The notes: generated by a model from the letters alone, not told the origin. A stretch of 64,000 nucleotides of DNA from Candidatus Uhrbacteria bacterium (GCA_963822405.1 CAWGHH010000001.1:227717-291716), one strand, 5' to 3'; counted from the first letter of the stretch, positions 1 through 11,686 are shown. A program made the numbers and translations.

Positions 1-1446
1 TTTCCCTTCATCGTACCCGCTGCCGCTGACCCAGAGGAATTCGCCTTGTTTCGCAAAGTCAGAGATGGTGGGTGCGCCGGCGTAGCTCATGGCGGATTTG
101 AGGCCGTCGATCATGCCTTTGACTACTGACTCGACAGAGCCGGCGTAGGCGATAGGGGCGGATTCGCCTTCGGGATTCCGGATTTCGGCCAGACTGCCTT
201 TTTGGATTCTTTCTATTTGATGGTCGAGCGAGGCCGAGCCCCTATACTGTTTCCAGAGCTGATTGCCTTTTCGCATTAAGATTCCCGGACCTTCGTCAGT
301 ACCGGCCAGCAGGCTACCGAGCATGACCGCGTCAGCACCGGCTACGAGCGCTTTTGCAAAGTCATCGCTACCTTTTATTCCGCCGTCGCCGATAATGTAA
401 ATACCGAGAGATTTCGCAACCGCAGCACAAGAGGCAATGGCGTGAATTTGCGGGGTACCGACGCCAGCTACTAGCCTGGTTTTGCATCTGGCACCGGGCC
501 CAATACCAACTTTTATACAATCTGCTCCAGCGTCGGCTAACAGTTTTACGTGTTCGGGATTATCAATGTTGCCAACTACTAAAACAGCCTTTGGAAATTG
601 TTTGCGAAGCTTTTTGGTAGCGTCAACAACTATCTTGGCCCCAGCGCGGGCGGTGTCGAGTAATAGTACGTCGGCGCCAGCTGCGAGTAGATTCTTGGCT
701 TCGTCGACATAATCGCCGGTCAGTCGTAATCCAACGCCAACAGCCAGTCGACCATGTTTATCGCGTACAGCATTAGAAAATTGTTTTCGCTTTTCAATAT
801 CTTTCGCGCTAATCAAGCCTTGTAACACACCGGCTTTATCGACGAGCGGTAGTTTCTCGATCTTATGTTCTTCAAGGAGAGACATTGCTGATGTCATCGA
901 GATGTTAGACGAGCCCGTAATCAACCCTTTATCGGTCATCACTTTCGACACTAGGGTAGCCGAGTCCTTCTCGTTCTTAAACCGATAATCGCGGGAGGTG
1001 AGTATTCCCTTGAGGTGACGGGCTTTGTCGACCACAAGGACGCTCGACACGCCATGATTACGCATGAGTTCCCAGGCTTCGCCGAGCGTAGCGTCTGGCG
1101 CGATCACGAGTGGATGCTCGATTCGCTCATTATCCATGCGCTTTACCTGCTCGACGGCTGATACTCGAGTTGCGAGTGGCGCGAATTGCGGCAAAAAGCC
1201 CAAGCCTCCGAGTCGTGCGAGTGCAATAGCCATGCGCGGACCAGTCACATCCTCCATGTTTGCGGACACGAGCGGGATATTGAGTTGAAAAGTTTTCGAA
1301 AGATTAACTTTAAAATTGCGCAGATCCGAACGTTTCTCAATTTCTGAATATTTCGTAACAATGGTCACATCCGAAAACGTCAGCGCTGGCCGGAGCGGTA
1401 GTCCTTTTTTGTCGAAGTAATTCTGGACCAATTTGTCGATTTTCAT
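1..1446 (-). CDS. guaB: IMP dehydrogenase with CBS domains (3' end runs off window)
   Basis: Absent from the ORF track. Manual minus-strand reading from the ATG at 1446 gives MKIDKLVQ...ALTFSDV...NIPLVSANMEDVTGPRMAIALARLGGLGF...KVGIGPGARCKTR..GVGTPQ...IIGDGGIK...AVMLGSLLAG...YRGSAS, which are IMPDH motifs. Confidence 0.93.
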   Translation of the reverse strand, partial: MKIDKLVQNYFDKKGLPLRPALTFSDVTIVTKYSEIEKRSDLRNFKVNLSKTFQLNIPLVSANMEDVTGPRMAIALARLGGLGFLPQFAPLATRVSAVEQVKRMDNERIEHPLVIAPDATLGEAWELMRNHGVSSVLVVDKARHLKGILTSRDYRFKNEKDSATLVSKVMTDKGLITGSSNISMTSAMSLLEEHKIEKLPLVDKAGVLQGLISAKDIEKRKQFSNAVRDKHGRLAVGVGLRLTGDYVDEAKNLLAAGADVLLLDTARAGAKIVVDATKKLRKQFPKAVLVVGNIDNPEHVKLLADAGADCIKVGIGPGARCKTRLVAGVGTPQIHAIASCAAVAKSLGIYIIGDGGIKGSDDFAKALVAGADAVMLGSLLAGTDEGPGILMRKGNQLWKQYRGSASLDHQIERIQKGSLAEIRNPEGESAPIAYAGSVESVVKGMIDGLKSAMSYAGAPTISDFAKQGEFLWVSGSGYDEGK

Positions 1447-1543
1447 ACTGCTTGGATGGTACTGAAGGTGAGTACTAGTGGCAAACCTAGGCTGTGCGAG
1501 GCGCGAGTTTGTTTTTAAGGTACAATGTGAGAAGAGGAAATAT

Positions 1544-1762
1544 ATGGAAAGTGTACAACCCGGCAAAAGGTACAGGCATTACAAGGGTAATGAGTACAAA
1601 ATTCTTGGGGTTGGGAAACATTCGGAGACTAACGAAGATTTCGTTGTTTATCAGTCGCCTGACGGAGGACAGATATGGCTTAGGCCAGTGCAAATGTTTT
1701 TTGAGGTTGTAGAGTGGGAGGGGAAGCAGGTACCAAGATTCATTCAACTCGAAGTTCGATAA
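1544..1762 (+). CDS. DUF1653-family protein
   Basis: YRHYKGNEY...HSET...VVYQ...WLRP..MF motif; ATG at 1544 preferred over the ORF-track start at 1478. Confidence 0.85.
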   Translation: MESVQPGKRYRHYKGNEYKILGVGKHSETNEDFVVYQSPDGGQIWLRPVQMFFEVVEWEGKQVPRFIQLEVR

Positions 1763-1774
1763 CTTGCTGACTAT

Positions 1775-2023
1775 ATGCTCACAAGAATTTTGATCGGAAT
1801 CGCGGTTTCTATTGGCGGATTCATTATGGTTTGGAAGACGCAGATTATGCTGGACACGGTTGGCCCAATTGAATGGGCAGAAAAGAATTTTGGTGGGGGA
1901 GGATCTAGACTTTTTTACAAACTCCTTGGAACGTTGATTATAGTTATAGGTTTCTTGGTGATTACTAACTTGTTTAATGACATTGTGGGAGGCGGAATTC
2001 AATCATTGTTTGGAGCAAAATAA
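1775..2023 (+). CDS. small two-TM membrane protein
   Basis: Two hydrophobic helices around WAEKNFGGGGSRLFYKLLG; tight spacing with neighbours. Confidence 0.7.
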   Translation: MLTRILIGIAVSIGGFIMVWKTQIMLDTVGPIEWAEKNFGGGGSRLFYKLLGTLIIVIGFLVITNLFNDIVGGGIQSLFGAK

Positions 2024-2030
2024 TATTTGT

Positions 2031-2576
2031 ATGGGTGGAAGCGCTTTTCTTAATCCAGAACAATTGATGGATGCCGGTGGCGTCCGTTTTGGGCACCACG
2101 TGGCTGATATTGGTACAGGTAGAACTGGCCATCTTGTTTTTCCGCTTTCTGGTCGAGTTGGTGAGGAGGGGAAGGTGTACGCAATTGATATTGATCCTGA
2201 AGCAGTTGCGATGGTTGAAGGTCTTCGCCGAACTCGTGGAACGCAGAATTTGCATGCTCTTTGGGCTGATGTCGAATCGCCCGGAACCGTACAAGTCCCT
2301 GAAGCGTCACTTGATGTTGCCTTCCTTGTGAATACATTGTGGACAATGAAGAAGCAGGAAGAAATGGCTGATGAGGTTAGCCGGTTAATGAAGGATGATG
2401 GTCGAATTTTTGTGATGGATTGGCGACAGAATGCCTTGCATCCACTTGCGCCAGCTCTAGAATATCGCCAGCAACCAGAGTTAGTAGACATCTATTTTGC
2501 TCAGGCCGATTGGTATCCGGCTTACGAAGTTCGGATCACGCCTCATCATTGGGCTCGGGCCTACGAGAGACTTTGA
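2031..2576 (+). CDS. class I SAM-dependent methyltransferase
   Basis: VADIGTGRTG motif I, VYAIDID, LDVAFLVNTL, GRIFVMDW. Confidence 0.85.
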   Translation: MGGSAFLNPEQLMDAGGVRFGHHVADIGTGRTGHLVFPLSGRVGEEGKVYAIDIDPEAVAMVEGLRRTRGTQNLHALWADVESPGTVQVPEASLDVAFLVNTLWTMKKQEEMADEVSRLMKDDGRIFVMDWRQNALHPLAPALEYRQQPELVDIYFAQADWYPAYEVRITPHHWARAYERL

Positions 2577-2616
2577 GTTGACTAGGGTTCGCTCTCGGTT
2601 TACCATCTTGCACAAT

Positions 2617-3021
2617 ATGTCCCAACTTTTGACCCTGCATTTCTGGTTCAATTCAGCTCCGGTAGCCATGAGTAATGAATTTTCTTACGGTTTCTTCATC
2701 TTCTTTGCTCTTCTAGCTATTGGCGCAGCGTTGTTGAGAATAGTTGCTAAGCGCACGGTGCGTGACGTTTATGATAAACAAGCCATTAGAATGGCTGGCA
2801 ACTTAATTGCTTGGCTTTCGTTCTTTGGTTTTGTCTGGCTCTTCTGTACTTACGAAGAAGTCCAAATCTTTGGTGTTCGAGGCTGGTTCATTCTCTGGGT
2901 TCTTGCTTTCATAGTTGGCGCTGTCAGGATTGCTCTCTTTGTTAAAAATGCCCCAGAACTTCGTGTAAAGAACGCTTCTCGTTCATCTGTTAACCAGTAC
3001 TTGCCTCGCCGTTCACGCTAG
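2617..3021 (+). CDS. hypothetical membrane protein (about 3 TM)
   Basis: Hydrophobic segments and basic C-terminus (YLPRRSR); ATG at 2617 avoids overlap with the upstream gene. Confidence 0.7.
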   Translation: MSQLLTLHFWFNSAPVAMSNEFSYGFFIFFALLAIGAALLRIVAKRTVRDVYDKQAIRMAGNLIAWLSFFGFVWLFCTYEEVQIFGVRGWFILWVLAFIVGAVRIALFVKNAPELRVKNASRSSVNQYLPRRSR

Positions 3022-3022
3022 T

Positions 3023-3379
3023 GTGGTGGAAATTCGTCGCAAGAAAGGGAATGATGGTGAAGACTTGGCGGCGGAATATTTGGTTAAGAAGGGATTTGAA
3101 ATTCTGGATAGACAATATCTAACTAGGCTTGGTGAAATCGATCTTGTGACCCGAGAGGGTAGCGAGATCGTTTTTGTTGAGGTGAAGGCACGTTTTGGGT
3201 TAGAATTTGGTCACCCAGAAGAATCGGTTACGCCGAGCAAACTCCGCAAGATCGCGAACACCGCTGAGCTGTATATTCGACAAAAGGGGATGATCGACGC
3301 GCCTTTCAGAATTGATGTCATCGCAATTAGGCTCGACCTTATTCCGCCAGAAATCGTGCATTTGGAAAATGTGTACTAG
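3023..3379 (+). CDS. yraN: YraN/UPF0102 family endonuclease-like protein
   Basis: GEDLAAEYL, GEIDLV, VFVEVKAR, ESVTPSK, RIDVIAI. Confidence 0.92.
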   Translation: MVEIRRKKGNDGEDLAAEYLVKKGFEILDRQYLTRLGEIDLVTREGSEIVFVEVKARFGLEFGHPEESVTPSKLRKIANTAELYIRQKGMIDAPFRIDVIAIRLDLIPPEIVHLENVY

Positions 3380-3381
3380 CT

Positions 3382-3714
3382 ATGAATGACTTTTCTTCTT
3401 CTTGGGAGCTTGAGCGCCTTGATAACCCCGATGCGCGGTTTGCAGAGATCGCTCGGGAACTACAGCCCGGTGGAAAGTTTTCGTTTATCACGCTGAATAA
3501 AAATAGTGTTCAAGTCTTTTTGCAACGATATAAAACACCCATGCCGTGCAAGGCCAATGACCTCAAAACCCTTCGTCGTCTCGCCCAAAAATACGGCCTC
3601 ATCCCGGTTGTGCTCCGTCTGAAGGAAGACCCATCAAGCGCCTCACTTTTTTCAAAGATTCCCTGGTCCCTCAGCAAACCGCATATTGTGGGAGTGTTTC
3701 AGAAGGTATCATGA
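3382..3714 (+). CDS. hypothetical protein, resembles a C-terminal methyltransferase fragment
   Basis: EIARELQPGGKF resembles the post-motif RxLkPGG; no SAM-binding motif I. Confidence 0.5.
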   Translation: MNDFSSSWELERLDNPDARFAEIARELQPGGKFSFITLNKNSVQVFLQRYKTPMPCKANDLKTLRRLAQKYGLIPVVLRLKEDPSSASLFSKIPWSLSKPHIVGVFQKVS

Positions 3715-3716
3715 AC

Positions 3717-3744
3717 TTGCACGTTTTCATTCTTGTGTTATCAT
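3717..3744 (+). promoter_or_regulatory. candidate sigma70 promoter for nusA-yidC
   Basis: TTGCAC, 16 nt, then TATCAT preceded by TGn (extended -10). Confidence 0.4.
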
Positions 3745-3793
3745 CTCTGCATAAGAACTCGGCTGATGGCCGGGTTCGTTGCTTAAATAGACT

Positions 3794-5041
3794 ATGTCAT
3801 CCCCAATAGAACAAGCCATTAGACAGATTTGTGAGGAAAAGGGACTTTCTTATGAGTCAGTACTTGAAACGATCGAGTCGGCACTGGCGGCTGCGTACCG
3901 TAAGGATTTTGGTGACAAATATCATAACCTTGAAGCCGAGTTTAACCCGGAGGATGCTTCTATTCGCGTTTTTGACGTGAAGACAGTGGTTGAGGACATC
4001 TCGGAGGAAGAGCTCGAAGAAGTTAGAAAGAAAGAAGCTGAAGAGTCAGCTGCTCGTGAAGCTCGTCGCGCTTTGGGTGAATACACTCCGGCCATTGAGG
4101 AAGTTTCAACCGAAGAAAAGCCAAAGTACAATCCAAAGACTGATGTCATGCTTTCTGAGGCAAAGATTTTACGTGGTGGCTCGAAGGTTGGGGACGTTTT
4201 GCGAACTGAGTTGCCAATCCCTGGTGAATTCGGTCGTATGGCTGCCATGACTGCTAAGCAGGTTATTACCCAGAAGCTCCGTGAAGCAGAGCGTGAAATT
4301 ATTTTCAATGAATTTAAGGGTGTTGAGAATACGGTTATCACTGGCACTGTCCAGCGCCGTGAAGGTCGTATTATTTTGGTAGACATTGGCCGAACTGCTG
4401 GCATCTTGAAGCCGGAAGATCAGATGATGACGGATCGTTATCGTTCTGGAGATCACATCAAGGTATTTGTTCGCGAAGTTTCTCTTGACGATGGCGGCGC
4501 ACAGATTTTACTTTCTCGTACGCACGAGTCGCTCGTTAAATATCTATTCGAAACGGAAATTCCAGAAATTGGTGAAGGCTCGGTTATCATTAAGGCTATT
4601 GCTCGTGAAGCTGGCGCCAGAACAAAGATTGCCGTGACTTCAAGCGACGCCCAGATTGATCCTATTGGTGCATGTATCGGTCAGCGTGGAACTCGTATTC
4701 AGACGATCATTGCCGAACTTGCCGGAGAGAAGATCGACATTATTGAATGGAGTGAAAATATCGCGAAGTTCATTGAGCAATCACTTGCTCCAGCTAAGAT
4801 TCAAGGTGTGCAGGTAGATGAAGATGAAAAGTTGGCCACGGTCATGGTTGTTCCGGAACAACTTTCTTTGGCTATTGGTCGCGGTGGACAGAACGTTCGC
4901 CTAGCGGCTCGTTTGACTGGTTGGAAGGTGAACATTCAGGAAGTAACTCCTGAAGGAACGCCAGTTCCGCTTGATGTTTCTGACTACGAAATCCCTGTTG
5001 AAGGAGAGCCTGTTGGCGTTGAAACCCCAAACGTTGAATAA
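3794..5041 (+). CDS. nusA: transcription termination/antitermination factor NusA
   Basis: FGRMAAMTAKQVI, S1 domain, AREAGARTKIAV, GACIGQRG, LSLAIGRGGQNVRLAARLTGWKVNI. Confidence 0.97.
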   Translation: MSSPIEQAIRQICEEKGLSYESVLETIESALAAAYRKDFGDKYHNLEAEFNPEDASIRVFDVKTVVEDISEEELEEVRKKEAEESAAREARRALGEYTPAIEEVSTEEKPKYNPKTDVMLSEAKILRGGSKVGDVLRTELPIPGEFGRMAAMTAKQVITQKLREAEREIIFNEFKGVENTVITGTVQRREGRIILVDIGRTAGILKPEDQMMTDRYRSGDHIKVFVREVSLDDGGAQILLSRTHESLVKYLFETEIPEIGEGSVIIKAIAREAGARTKIAVTSSDAQIDPIGACIGQRGTRIQTIIAELAGEKIDIIEWSENIAKFIEQSLAPAKIQGVQVDEDEKLATVMVVPEQLSLAIGRGGQNVRLAARLTGWKVNIQEVTPEGTPVPLDVSDYEIPVEGEPVGVETPNVE

Positions 5042-5044
5042 TCT

Positions 5045-5821
5045 ATGGGCGACATCTTTACTGCGGTTCTTTATCAGCCACTCTATAACTTGCTGATTTT
5101 TATCTACAGTGTGTTTCCGTGGGGAGGTCTTGGGCTCGGCATTATCATTATGACGATTATTGTGCGGTTAGCCACCATGCCGTTGACCTACAAGTCGATG
5201 CGCGCCCAGAAGGAACTACAGGAAATTCAGCCAAAGATTGAAGCGATTAAGGCTAAGTATAAGGGACTTCCTAACCAGGAAGACATGGCAAAGGAACTGA
5301 TGGCAGTTTATAAGGTTCACAACGTGAATCCATTTGCCTCATGTTTGCCGACCATTATCCAGTTAGTTGTGTTTATCTCGCTTTTCCGAGTGTTGTCGGC
5401 CGGCATGAAGACAGTTGACCTGAACATGCTCTACCCGTTTGTGCACGCTCCGGCGGTTATCAGTCACATGTTCCTTGGGATGGATTTGAGCGTCGTTTCT
5501 ATTCCGCTTGGCATCTTGTCTGCGGCTATGCAATATTTGCAGGCTAAACAGATGATTGGTAAACGTCCGCCTAAGATTGTTCGTGAGGGTGCTGAGGGCT
5601 CTGAGGCAATGGATGAGGATATGACGGCTACCATGAACCGGATGACCTTAATCATGTTACCAATCATGATGCTCGTGATGGGTGTGACCACACTGCCTGG
5701 TGGCACAACCCTCTACATCTTTGCTAGCGCACTTATCACTTACGGCATTTACGAGTATTTCCTGAAGCCACCGGCTCCGACTGGGCCAGTGATTGAACTC
5801 TTGCCTCCAGTAACGAAATAA
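5045..5821 (+). CDS. yidC: membrane protein insertase YidC/Oxa1 (short form)
   Basis: TIIVRLATMPL, EIQPKIEAIK, VNPFASCLPTIIQ, LPGGTTLY. Confidence 0.92.
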   Translation: MGDIFTAVLYQPLYNLLIFIYSVFPWGGLGLGIIIMTIIVRLATMPLTYKSMRAQKELQEIQPKIEAIKAKYKGLPNQEDMAKELMAVYKVHNVNPFASCLPTIIQLVVFISLFRVLSAGMKTVDLNMLYPFVHAPAVISHMFLGMDLSVVSIPLGILSAAMQYLQAKQMIGKRPPKIVREGAEGSEAMDEDMTATMNRMTLIMLPIMMLVMGVTTLPGGTTLYIFASALITYGIYEYFLKPPAPTGPVIELLPPVTK

Positions 5822-5829
5822 TAAGCACA

Positions 5830-5855
5830 GAAAGCCCGGCTAACCCCGGGCTTTC
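5830..5855 (+). terminator. hairpin after yidC
   Basis: GAAAGCCCGG-ctaacc-CCGGGCTTTC. Confidence 0.55.
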
Positions 5856-5863
5856 GTGTTAGA

Positions 5864-6892
5864 ATGCGCTTGACTATGGCTGTTAAGCAAAAAATACTTA
5901 AATCGTTTTTCGTTATTCTTGGGTTTTTGTTCGGCGCTGGTATTTTTGCTTTTCTGTTGTGGAAAACCGGAATTTCAAATGTTGCGTCGAGTCTGTATGA
6001 ATTCGGCATCCTTCCACTTCTGTTATTCTTCTGTATTTCTATTCTCAACTTTGGCCTCTATTCATTACGCTGGAAGATTATTCTTGACGCCATGCTCCCG
6101 GTTGGTAAACGAGTTTCTTATTTTAAGATGTTTTTCAATCGCATGAGTGGTTTTGCGGCGGGTTACTTGACGCCGGCTGCGCAAGTAGCGGGGGAGCCAA
6201 TTCGCGTAGCTATGCTTTTAGCTGACGGTGTGCCGGTAAAAGTTGCCACTGGATCAGTAGTCCTTGATCTCGCCTTCGAGGTCACGACTTTTGTTATTTA
6301 TGTTGCCTTGGGACTTGGTTTTGCTCTTACTCATGGCATGGCCAGTGGTGCCAGCGTGACAGGGTCTATTATTTTCATTTCGACTTTACTCCTGTTTCTG
6401 ATAGGTTTCTTTGTGATGACTATTCGCGGCGGGGGATTCTTTCACCGACTCATGAGAATTTCTCAACTGAGCCGTATCAAAGCAATTAATAATCTCGAGC
6501 ACTGGTTGATTGAAACAGAAGCTTTAATGAGCGAATTCTTTGTTGGTCGAGTCAAGGTAGTGGCGGCGGTAGTTGGCTTATCGCTCATGATGGCCGCATT
6601 TAAGGCTATAGAAGCATTCTTTATTGCGCACTTTTTGGGAGTAAACATTCAGCTTTCTGACGCGTTTCTCATGAGCACCTTGCCTGGCGTTTCTCTTCTT
6701 TTGCCAGTCCCGGCCGGTCTAGGTGTGTACGAGGGGAGTAATGAAGCCATGTTTACACTTCTTGGTCTACCATTAAATGCGGTTGCCTACACGGTCATTA
6801 TTCGCATGCGAGATTTCCTCTTTATTGGTATAGGCGTTACTTATGCAGTGATGCATGGCGAGCGACTAGTAACCAAACGTTATGGCAAATGA
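5864..6892 (+). CDS. UPF0104 / lysylphosphatidylglycerol synthase TM (flippase-like) protein
   Basis: SLRWKIIL, GYLTPAAQVAGEPIR, LPVPAGLGVYEG, IIRMRDF; multi-TM. The start may be 5876. Confidence 0.85.
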   Translation: MRLTMAVKQKILKSFFVILGFLFGAGIFAFLLWKTGISNVASSLYEFGILPLLLFFCISILNFGLYSLRWKIILDAMLPVGKRVSYFKMFFNRMSGFAAGYLTPAAQVAGEPIRVAMLLADGVPVKVATGSVVLDLAFEVTTFVIYVALGLGFALTHGMASGASVTGSIIFISTLLLFLIGFFVMTIRGGGFFHRLMRISQLSRIKAINNLEHWLIETEALMSEFFVGRVKVVAAVVGLSLMMAAFKAIEAFFIAHFLGVNIQLSDAFLMSTLPGVSLLLPVPAGLGVYEGSNEAMFTLLGLPLNAVAYTVIIRMRDFLFIGIGVTYAVMHGERLVTKRYGK

Positions 6893-7778
6893 TCTTGAGA
6901 ATGCCATTTTTCGGACCACAGCGTACTTCTCGTATTTTTCGTACCCGCTAACCGCTTTTGAACTTTGGAAGTGGCTGTTGAATCCAACGGTGCCATATTC
7001 GTATCGCGAGGTACTCGATGCACTATTGACTTCTGAATTCCTCGAGAAGAAACTTGCTCGTGAATCTGGTTTTTTTGGTCTTGGTGATATTCGTACTCAG
7101 ATTGGTGAGCGGTCGAAGCGATTGGTTGACGCCCTTAAGAAGTACGATGTGCTTTCTCGTTACTTATCGTATTTATCTCGTATTCGATCGGTTAAGGGTG
7201 TTGCGGTTTGCAACTCGTTGGCCTTTCATCACACTACGCAAGAGAGCGATATTGATCTTTTTGTTATCACCGAGCCTGGCCGGACTTGGACCGCACGATT
7301 CTTTGCGGCCGTGCCTCTCATTCTTCTTCGACGCCGCCCGGGCGAGGCCAAAGAGAATCCAATCTGTTTAAGCTTCTTTGCTGACGAGTCTGCCCTTAAG
7401 CTTGAAAATATTAAGATTTCTGAAGATGATCCTTACTTGGCGTACTGGTCAATGAGCCTTATGCCGTTGTTCGATAAGAAACAATGGCAGCGGCAGTTCG
7501 CTGATGACAATCGTTGGGTGGGCGAGTGTTTGCCCAATGCTCACGGTGTTAAGCGAGCGCGTGCTTTTAGGTTTTCAGGTAAGAAGCTTTGCCCGCCTCC
7601 GTTATTTTCAGAAAAGCTTTTGAAGAAAGTGCAGGAGGATCGGCTCCCTCGGCACATGAAAGCCATGGCAAACGTGGACACGCGAGTGATTGTGCGTGAT
7701 GATATGTTGAAGTTTCATGATCGTGACCGTAGAGAAGAGATTAAGCTCGCCCTAGAAGAGCAGATGAGTGCAATATGA
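6882..7778 (+). CDS. hypothetical protein with nucleotidyltransferase-like DxD motif
   Basis: VAVCNSLA...ESDIDLFVIT resembles the Pol-beta superfamily [GN]S-x(n)-DxD motif. Confidence 0.7.
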   Translation: MANDLENAIFRTTAYFSYFSYPLTAFELWKWLLNPTVPYSYREVLDALLTSEFLEKKLARESGFFGLGDIRTQIGERSKRLVDALKKYDVLSRYLSYLSRIRSVKGVAVCNSLAFHHTTQESDIDLFVITEPGRTWTARFFAAVPLILLRRRPGEAKENPICLSFFADESALKLENIKISEDDPYLAYWSMSLMPLFDKKQWQRQFADDNRWVGECLPNAHGVKRARAFRFSGKKLCPPPLFSEKLLKKVQEDRLPRHMKAMANVDTRVIVRDDMLKFHDRDRREEIKLALEEQMSAI

Positions 7779-9088
7779 TCAAACAACGATACTTCACGTT
7801 TCTTCTCTCTGTCTTCGCCCTTCTCTTGCCTTGGCAATCGCGGTATATCTTTGCCATGTTGCCAATCGGGAACGCGGTCAGCGAATATGGCGTGATGAGC
7901 GTCTACGCTATTGAGTTATTACTCGTTATTGGTTTAGTTACTGGTTACGCTTGGCTTGGGCTGCCAAAACTAAGCGAAGAAAACCGTTCTCCGGCTATTT
8001 TGGCTGTGCTGATGATTCTGGCCGCTTTGGTTAGCGTTGCGTTTTCAGCTACTGGCGAACTTTCTCTAGCACAATCAACCCACGTTCTTTGCGCATTACT
8101 ATTTTTCTTGGCCTTACTTGATCCGCGTGTTGAACTGAAGAAAGTATTGCTTGGTTTTTCTATCGGCTTAGTTCCGCCACTTCTACTTGGGGCGTTCCAA
8201 GTACTTACTGGATTTTCAGCGGCGAGCACTTACCTTGGTTTGGCTGCGCGTAATGCTGAGCATCTTGGTGACTCGGTAATCACGCTTGGTGGCGGAGTGA
8301 GAATGTTACGTGCTTACGGGAGTTTTTCTCATCCGAATATTTTTGGCGGCTATTTGGCGGTTGGTACGGTGGCCGCTGGCACACTTTGGTACAACGCCAG
8401 ATCGCCTAAATACAAAACTGCATATTTCGCTCTAGGAGCCGCGCTTCTCATTGGTTTGTTTTTGACCGCCTCACGTTCAGCTGCTCTTGGTCTAGCACTC
8501 GGTACTGGCTTATCGCTCTTAGTTGTTCGCATGAAAGACACGGCGAAGGCGCGAATGGCCGTTATTCCACTGGCAATTTTAGTGATTGGTGCCACGCTCG
8601 CCATTACTCTATTCGCTCCTGGAGTGGCTGCTGATACGCGAGGCGGGGGAGTAAATGAGGCGCGGTCAATCGAGGAGCGGACAGCGCAGTATGTTGAGTA
8701 TTCGGCGGTCGAAAAACAGGCCACACCTTTGCAGGTTCTTGTCGGTCATGGGGTTGGTTCCTATGTGTTCGAACTCGCCAAGACATTTCCCGATCGACAG
8801 GTCTTTGACTATCAACCAATTCATTCTTTGCCGTTCTTGGTTTTCTTCGAGGTTGGCATTCTCGGTTCAATCATGATCATCTTTTGGCAGACTACCGTCG
8901 ACCTGATCAACTTTGCCCGTTTCCCAAACCGTAACGCCGTCGCCGCCTTTGCCATGGGCAACGTAGTTCTCGTAATCATCTTTTTCGACCATTATATTTG
9001 GTCATCTTGGTCTGGTCTTGCGCTCATCGCGTTCGTCATGGCGTTGACCGTAAGAATGGGCGAGCCAGAGCATTCAAAATCGATCTAG
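7775..9088 (+). CDS. O-antigen ligase / Wzy-like family membrane protein
   Basis: RAYGSFSHPNIFGGYL, LTASRSA, GHGVGSY, PIHSLP..EVGILG, FDHY. Confidence 0.88.
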   Translation: MIKQRYFTFLLSVFALLLPWQSRYIFAMLPIGNAVSEYGVMSVYAIELLLVIGLVTGYAWLGLPKLSEENRSPAILAVLMILAALVSVAFSATGELSLAQSTHVLCALLFFLALLDPRVELKKVLLGFSIGLVPPLLLGAFQVLTGFSAASTYLGLAARNAEHLGDSVITLGGGVRMLRAYGSFSHPNIFGGYLAVGTVAAGTLWYNARSPKYKTAYFALGAALLIGLFLTASRSAALGLALGTGLSLLVVRMKDTAKARMAVIPLAILVIGATLAITLFAPGVAADTRGGGVNEARSIEERTAQYVEYSAVEKQATPLQVLVGHGVGSYVFELAKTFPDRQVFDYQPIHSLPFLVFFEVGILGSIMIIFWQTTVDLINFARFPNRNAVAAFAMGNVVLVIIFFDHYIWSSWSGLALIAFVMALTVRMGEPEHSKSI

Positions 9089-9097
9089 GAGTTCTTC

Positions 9098-9228
9098 GAG
9101 GCTCCTCGGGACTCCTTTTCTTGCTCGGGAAGTTCGAGTCGGTCGAACTATTTTCTGATAATTCGAAGGATATCGACCTCCTAAGAACTTCGTATCCTCG
9201 CGGCGAAAAGAAGTCCCTTCGGAACCTC
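9098..9228. repeat. nested palindromic element (about 130 bp)
   Basis: Outer arms GAGGcTCC..GGGACTcCTTTTC / GAAAAGaAGTCCC..GGAaCCTC; inner pairs AAGTTC/GAACTT and GGTCGA/TCGACC. Confidence 0.65.
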
Positions 9229-9240
9229 ATACGATGCAAA

Positions 9241-9267
9241 TCAGCACTAGTTGACATAGAGTGCTAA
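9241..9267 (+). promoter_or_regulatory. CIRCE (HrcA operator) overlapping the groESL -35
   Basis: TcAGCACTa-N9-GAGTGCTAA versus consensus TTAGCACTC-N9-GAGTGCTAA. The spacer contains TTGACA (9251-9256), with CAAAAT 17 nt later. Confidence 0.88.
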
Positions 9268-9302
9268 CTAGCGCAAAATCGGCCTGTATTAATTTACAAA
9301 CT

Positions 9303-11239
<1,937 letters not shown>

Positions 11240-11286
11240 ACCCTGACGCCAGGAAGGGTCTAGAGGTGGATGTTATTGGATTCAGG

Positions 11287-11316
11287 AAAGGACGGGGTGA
11301 AAATCCCGTCTTTTTC
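11287..11316 (+). terminator. intrinsic terminator after groEL
   Basis: AAAGGACGGG-gtgaaaat-CCCGTCTTTTT; a similar hairpin lies at about 12023-12052. Confidence 0.7.
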
Positions 11317-11365
11317 GTTTGACAATAAGCCATTTTCGAAGCACTCTCTTCGTCAGGAGGTGCTT

Positions 11366-11602
11366 TTGCTATCTATTCTCTTCGAGGTTATTCGAGACTT
11401 CGTTCTCGGTACTGGTCTCACTGATGAGGAATTCCTCATCTTGCAGATGGGGCCAATGACCGAATGGGAGGCTCGTCACGGGTCTGAGGACGATGAGGAA
11501 GTAGATCGTCAGCTGCAACGATGGGGAGAAGAGCGGTATCAACAGATCCTTAGAAAGGTACAAAAGGGGCGTGAGGAGCGAGAGTCGTGTTGGTTGTTGT
11601 AA
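11366..11602 (+). CDS. hypothetical protein
   Basis: AGGAGG at 11355-11360 precedes an in-frame TTG; no recognisable motif. Confidence 0.4.
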   Translation: MLSILFEVIRDFVLGTGLTDEEFLILQMGPMTEWEARHGSEDDEEVDRQLQRWGEERYQQILRKVQKGREERESCWLL

Positions 11603-11686
11603 CGGTTGCGTTCGCGTCTTGTCCTCGTAGCCGAAAGGTTGCGGGGGCGTTTATTTTTGGGAAAAAGTGTGGTGTAATGGGGATAT

